Assembly: GCF_006345805.1 (NCBI RefSeq)
Contig: NW_021827098.1
Location: 1-11,111, forward strand
Direction: 5' to 3'
Length of the DNA: 11,111 nt
From: Octopus sinensis
Lineage: Eukaryota
The position numbers and the translations under genes were made by a program. The notes under the pieces were generated by a model. The model was given only the letters and a program-made list of their open reading frames with translations, was not told the DNA's origin and did not search any database. Each line of letters starts with the position of its first letter. Position 1 is the first letter of the stretch. Positions 7,540-11,111 of the stretch are shown in pieces.

Positions 7540-9300
7540 CAGGGGTCGGCAAATACTTTTGGAGAAGAGCCAATTTTGAACATTTTTGGAAATTTCGAAA
7601 AATTGAAGAGCCCCTTTTACCACTTGTCAAAAATTTAAATTCATAAAATTAAATAGACATTAATTTAAAAATAATTAAAAATTCATTTTAAAAAATTAAA
7701 TTAATTAGACGCATTAATGAGAAATGTGATTCCTCATTCTTTGGAGAGTTGGTTAATGTCTGGGTCGTAAGTCGTTAATTTTAATCTGAGGTTAGATTCC
7801 AAATTCGAATCTGTAATTTTGTTCCTTAATTTCGATTTTATATAATTCATATGAGAAAAACTTTGTTCACACATATAAGTGGACCCGAATATTGTCAAAA
7901 TTCCGTATGCACTTTTTTTAATTCATAATAAGAATCTGGAAGAGAATTCCAAGTTTCGAGAATCACATCTTCCAGTTCTTTTGTATAAAATTAATATCAT
8001 TCTTAATTTTACCAGACAATGTTTCTGTTCCAAGGTTTCAAGAAATTCTGAAAGGCGAATAAACTTTGATGCCCATAATTCCTTACATGTCAAGTCCAAT
8101 AGCTGCATTTCGAACTCAGCTGCGTTGATTTCAAATGGCAATAAATTTAAATTGCTGACTTTAGCACGTAGAGGGTTTATAACGAACGATAGTGTTGCTT
8201 TTTCTTTTCTAAAATCCTCAAACCTTTATATTTAAACATTCATTTTTAACCTGTCATTGAAAGATTCCTTCATATACAAAAAGCATTTTTAAAATAAGTT
8301 TTATTTATACTTCGATCATTTTCTTTTAAATATTGGCGTAATTTAGGAAAATGTAAAATATTTTGTTCTATATCCTCTTCAAACAGAATTAATTTTTTTT
8401 CAAACAATATCACTTCCTCATACATGAAAAAAGCAATATTTCCACTCCGTTGCAATTTTGAATTAAGTTTTGTTCAATTCTGATGAAATGTCAACCATGA
8501 AATAAAATTTCTGCAGCCATTGGTCATCACTTAATTCGTCATAATGAATTTTTTTCTCATTTAAAAAAGTTTGACTTCTTGCATACAAGAAGCAAACCGA
8601 TTGAGAACGTTCCCTCTCGAAAGCCAACGAACTTTGTTGTATTGAAGTAGATCAATATACCCGTTGTTGGTTTCGTTTAACAACTCTTTAAATAGCCGAT
8701 GATTAAGTCCCTTGAATATATAATAAATAATATATTACTCTTGATATAATGAATTAGTAATCTTTATAACCAATTCCATCACTTCTAAAATTTCTTTCGT
8801 TGCGCAGATAGTGCTTCTTGGTGGATAATACAATGTAGAGTAATCACTTCATGATCAATTCTCCTTTTAATTAAAGTTGTAAATCCCTTTCTCGATCCCA
8901 GCATGCTTGCAGCCCGTCAGTTGAAATTGAAACGATTTTTATAGAGGAATATAATGCGTTTCAAAATATTCTACGACTGCACCAACAAGATCTTCACCAC
9001 GGGTTTGACCCTTTAGAGGCAATAATGCCAAAAGTTCTTGCCTCAGGAAACCTCGAGACACATAACGAACAAACAGAGACACCTAAAATGACATGAACAA
9101 TGATACTTGTGCAATGTCATTTATATCACATGATTCATCTATTGCTATTGAAATTGAATTAGACAATTTCATGTCAGAAACTTGTTGAACAGATACATTC
9201 GAAGACATCTTAAAAGTCCTGTCGGCTACTATTTTCGCAGATAAAGGTATATTCATTATCTTATTCACGATTTGTTAAGTAACTTTTTCCAATGTATTAA
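7540..9300 (-). mobile_element. hAT DNA transposon of the Buster/Charlie/SPIN (GTF2IRD2-like) group, decayed, one end only
   Basis: TIR CAGGGGTCGGCAAA at 7540 is preceded by GCCTAGGT, matching the NNNTANNN 8-bp target of Buster-type hATs. Subterminal AAGAGCC motifs are present. The matching TIR was not found; the 5' boundary is approximate. Confidence 0.88.
7714..9300 (-). pseudogene. hAT transposase pseudogene with many stops and frameshifts
   Basis: KIMNIPLSAK..SIAIDESCDINDIAQVSLFVRYV..ELLALLPLKGQTRGEDL..KVRWLSRGNVLNRF..FEMQLLDL..IFGSTYMCEQSFSHMNYIKSKLRNKITDSNLESNLRLK..ISH*. The first catalytic D (DES motif), the RW motif, the final E (CEQ) and the C-terminal dimerisation domain are visible. 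Confidence 0.92.
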
Positions 9301-9728
9301 CAGCTTTGTACAAAATAACTGCATGAAATTGTGCACAATTCACGCTAAAATGAACTTTTATTTCCTCCTTAAACAAAGCGAGATTTTCATGTGTGTGCAA
9401 CCTGTCTACCTGATTTTTTTAGATACAAGGTACAATATGAAAATTAATGGTATCAATTTGTTAAAATTTTTAAGGTTCCTTATTCCTTTCTAACTAAGAG
9501 CTTTTAAACGATTACGTAGATTTTTGGTTGTTTGTTGTCATCAAATAAAAAAATTGCTGATGCACGTATCCAGTATATCTTTGAACGAATAAAGGTTTTG
9601 TAGGTAACTAACAAAAATTTAAAAAAATCTTTTTTTACCGATTCGATGTTGAAGATTAAATTAGACAAACTCTAAACTATTCAACAAACAATATAATTGC
9701 CGCGATCTAATTTATGTAAAATTCAATT

Positions 9729-10235
9729 TTTTTTTAAACCGGAAATCAATGTAATTAAATGTGATAAAGTTAGTTAGAGGACTTCCCCGCTTCGTAGATG
9801 GAGAAACAGTTTCCTCGTACGATGGCAAGGGAAATCCTCTGAAGGAGCCAGCCCGTCTCGCGTGTGTCATTTCTCTTCAGAGAGATCAGACGTCCGAGCT
9901 TATAGAGGAAAGACAAAGACTTTTCCCCAATGACCCCTGAAGTCTCGACAGCAACAGAGGCGAATAGATATCGCTCCGAGAGTTCTCTATATTTCGCAAT
10001 CTTAAGTTTTTCTGTTCGGCTGGGCTTGCTAGGGGAGACGGAAAAAGACCTGACGGTCTATCCACCTTCCCCTTTGAGTTCGGCAAGTCGCTGATTTGGG
10101 ACGCGACATGTTCAGATATTTTCTCTGAACCTAATCTTCCCTTGTCAGCCGTCGCAGCCGGTTCGGTGTCCTTTAGAACAGAAAAGCTTAAGATTGCAAA
10201 TATAGAGAACTCTCGGAGCGATATCTATTCGCCCT
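9729..10235 (-). mobile_element. CRE-like RLE non-LTR retrotransposon, severely 5'-truncated and 5'-inverted, 14-bp TSD, short poly(A)
   Basis: TSD TGTAAAATTCAATT at 9715-9728 and 10236-10249, with a T-run at 9727-9735. The minus arm 9729-10017 reads RTEKLKIAKYRELSERYLFASVAVETSGVIG..WLLQRISLAIVRGNCFSI..*. The plus arm 10018-10235 reads GLARGDGKRPDGLSTFPFEFGKSLIWDATCSD..TEKLKIA, containing the RLE PD...D...K motif. Confidence 0.92.
9959..10233. repeat. 59/58-bp inverted repeat (9959-10017 and 10176-10233) with a 158-bp spacer
   Basis: The arms differ by one substitution and one 1-nt indel. They are the segment duplicated at the CRE inversion. Confidence 0.95.
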
Positions 10236-11111
10236 TGTAAAATTCAATTATTTTAGAATTTGTATTTTTTGTAAAAATAATTTATTCGACGTTTTTTATA
10301 GAAAGACAAGTTTAATAAAGATTGAAAATATAATTTTTCCATATTCAGCAATTTTTTCATAAAAAAATTTCAAAAGGATTAAATTTCATAATTTTTTAAT
10401 AAGAATTTTGAATCTACGAAATGATATACGGCATAATCGTATTTTTTTATTTGTGTTATCGTGCCAATGCTTGTTTAATATTTGAAAAATTGCTCTGCTG
10501 TGTATGATTGGTCAAGTTCATTTCAATTTACATGTCTCAGAAACTCCTTTTCTCACAGCTTTTGAAAACAACTTAATTCAATCCGAGAAATCGAAACTAA
10601 ATTTATTAAAAAATAATTAATAGGAGATATCAATTAATTTATAGCTGCTGGGTAAATAATAATTTAATGACTTCTATTTTGGGGATATATACAGTGCGAA
10701 CTGAATTGGGGAAAACCAAGTAGCGGTTCAACCCACTTTTAAGGGAAAACCTTGTTTCTGGGGAAATATTTTCGCCTTCTTTATAAAATACAATGATTTT
10801 TAATGAAATAAACCCCTACTGTGGAAAAATTTTATATTATCATACACGATTCATAATTTTTGATTTATTATTATTTACTGTAACCTGTTTTTCAAAATTT
10901 GTAATCAATAATTTTAAAATTTATTTAACCTGGTAACATAGTTAATTAATTAACCTGTTAAAAATTGAAATTATCAACTTTTAAACTCTTATTTATAAAT
11001 TTTAGAGAGCAAATGGCCAGAAAACTAAATCAAAGTGAAAAGATATACAGTCGGGTCATAAGAATAAAATGATTTGTGAAGGATTTAACATCTCTAAAGG
11101 AATACTATATT

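Noticed and set aside
9932-9939. GACCCCTG as the missing hAT right TIR
   Set aside because: Only 8 nt match, it lies inside the CRE coding arm (GVIG codons), and no GCCTAGGT TSD follows.
10690-11111. TA|CAGTG (10692) and TA|CAGTC (11048) as Tc1/mariner-like ends
   Set aside because: No matching inverted partner or transposase in the window. The 11048 site could extend past the edge but cannot be supported here.
1-11111. CRISPR arrays, tRNA or rRNA genes
   Set aside because: No regularly spaced repeat-spacer structure or recognisable structural RNA was seen.

Overview
Eukaryotic genomic DNA with no prokaryotic features: gene islands of about 50% GC in AT-rich spacer, heavily invaded by transposons. 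The host appears to use ultrashort spliceosomal introns (about 17-26 nt, often exactly 23 nt). From left to right: (1) the 3' part of an unidentified intron-rich gene (+, 1-1832, AATAAA at 1846); (2) a decayed CRE-type RLE non-LTR retrotransposon fragment (-); (3) a 79-bp tandem duplication; (4) a possible micro-exon gene fragment (-) head-to-head with a short-chain dehydrogenase/reductase (SDR) (pseudo)gene (+, starts 3772). The SDR's second intron rebuilds to 23 nt and is interrupted by a ~367-bp TGT...ACA MITE (5-bp TSD TATTA) carrying CCCTAA-like repeats. That MITE in turn holds a 1.76-kb RTE-like LINE that is 5'-truncated and 5'-inverted, with a 14-bp TSD. Further right are a decayed Buster/Charlie-type hAT transposon (-, one TIR at 7540) and a second CRE-type insertion (9729-10235), also 5'-inverted with a 14-bp TSD and a 59-bp foldback. 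The most notable signals are the ~23-nt introns, the three-level nesting inside a micro-intron, and twin-priming-type inversions in two unrelated non-L1 retrotransposon clades. All analysis was by eye; no searches were run.
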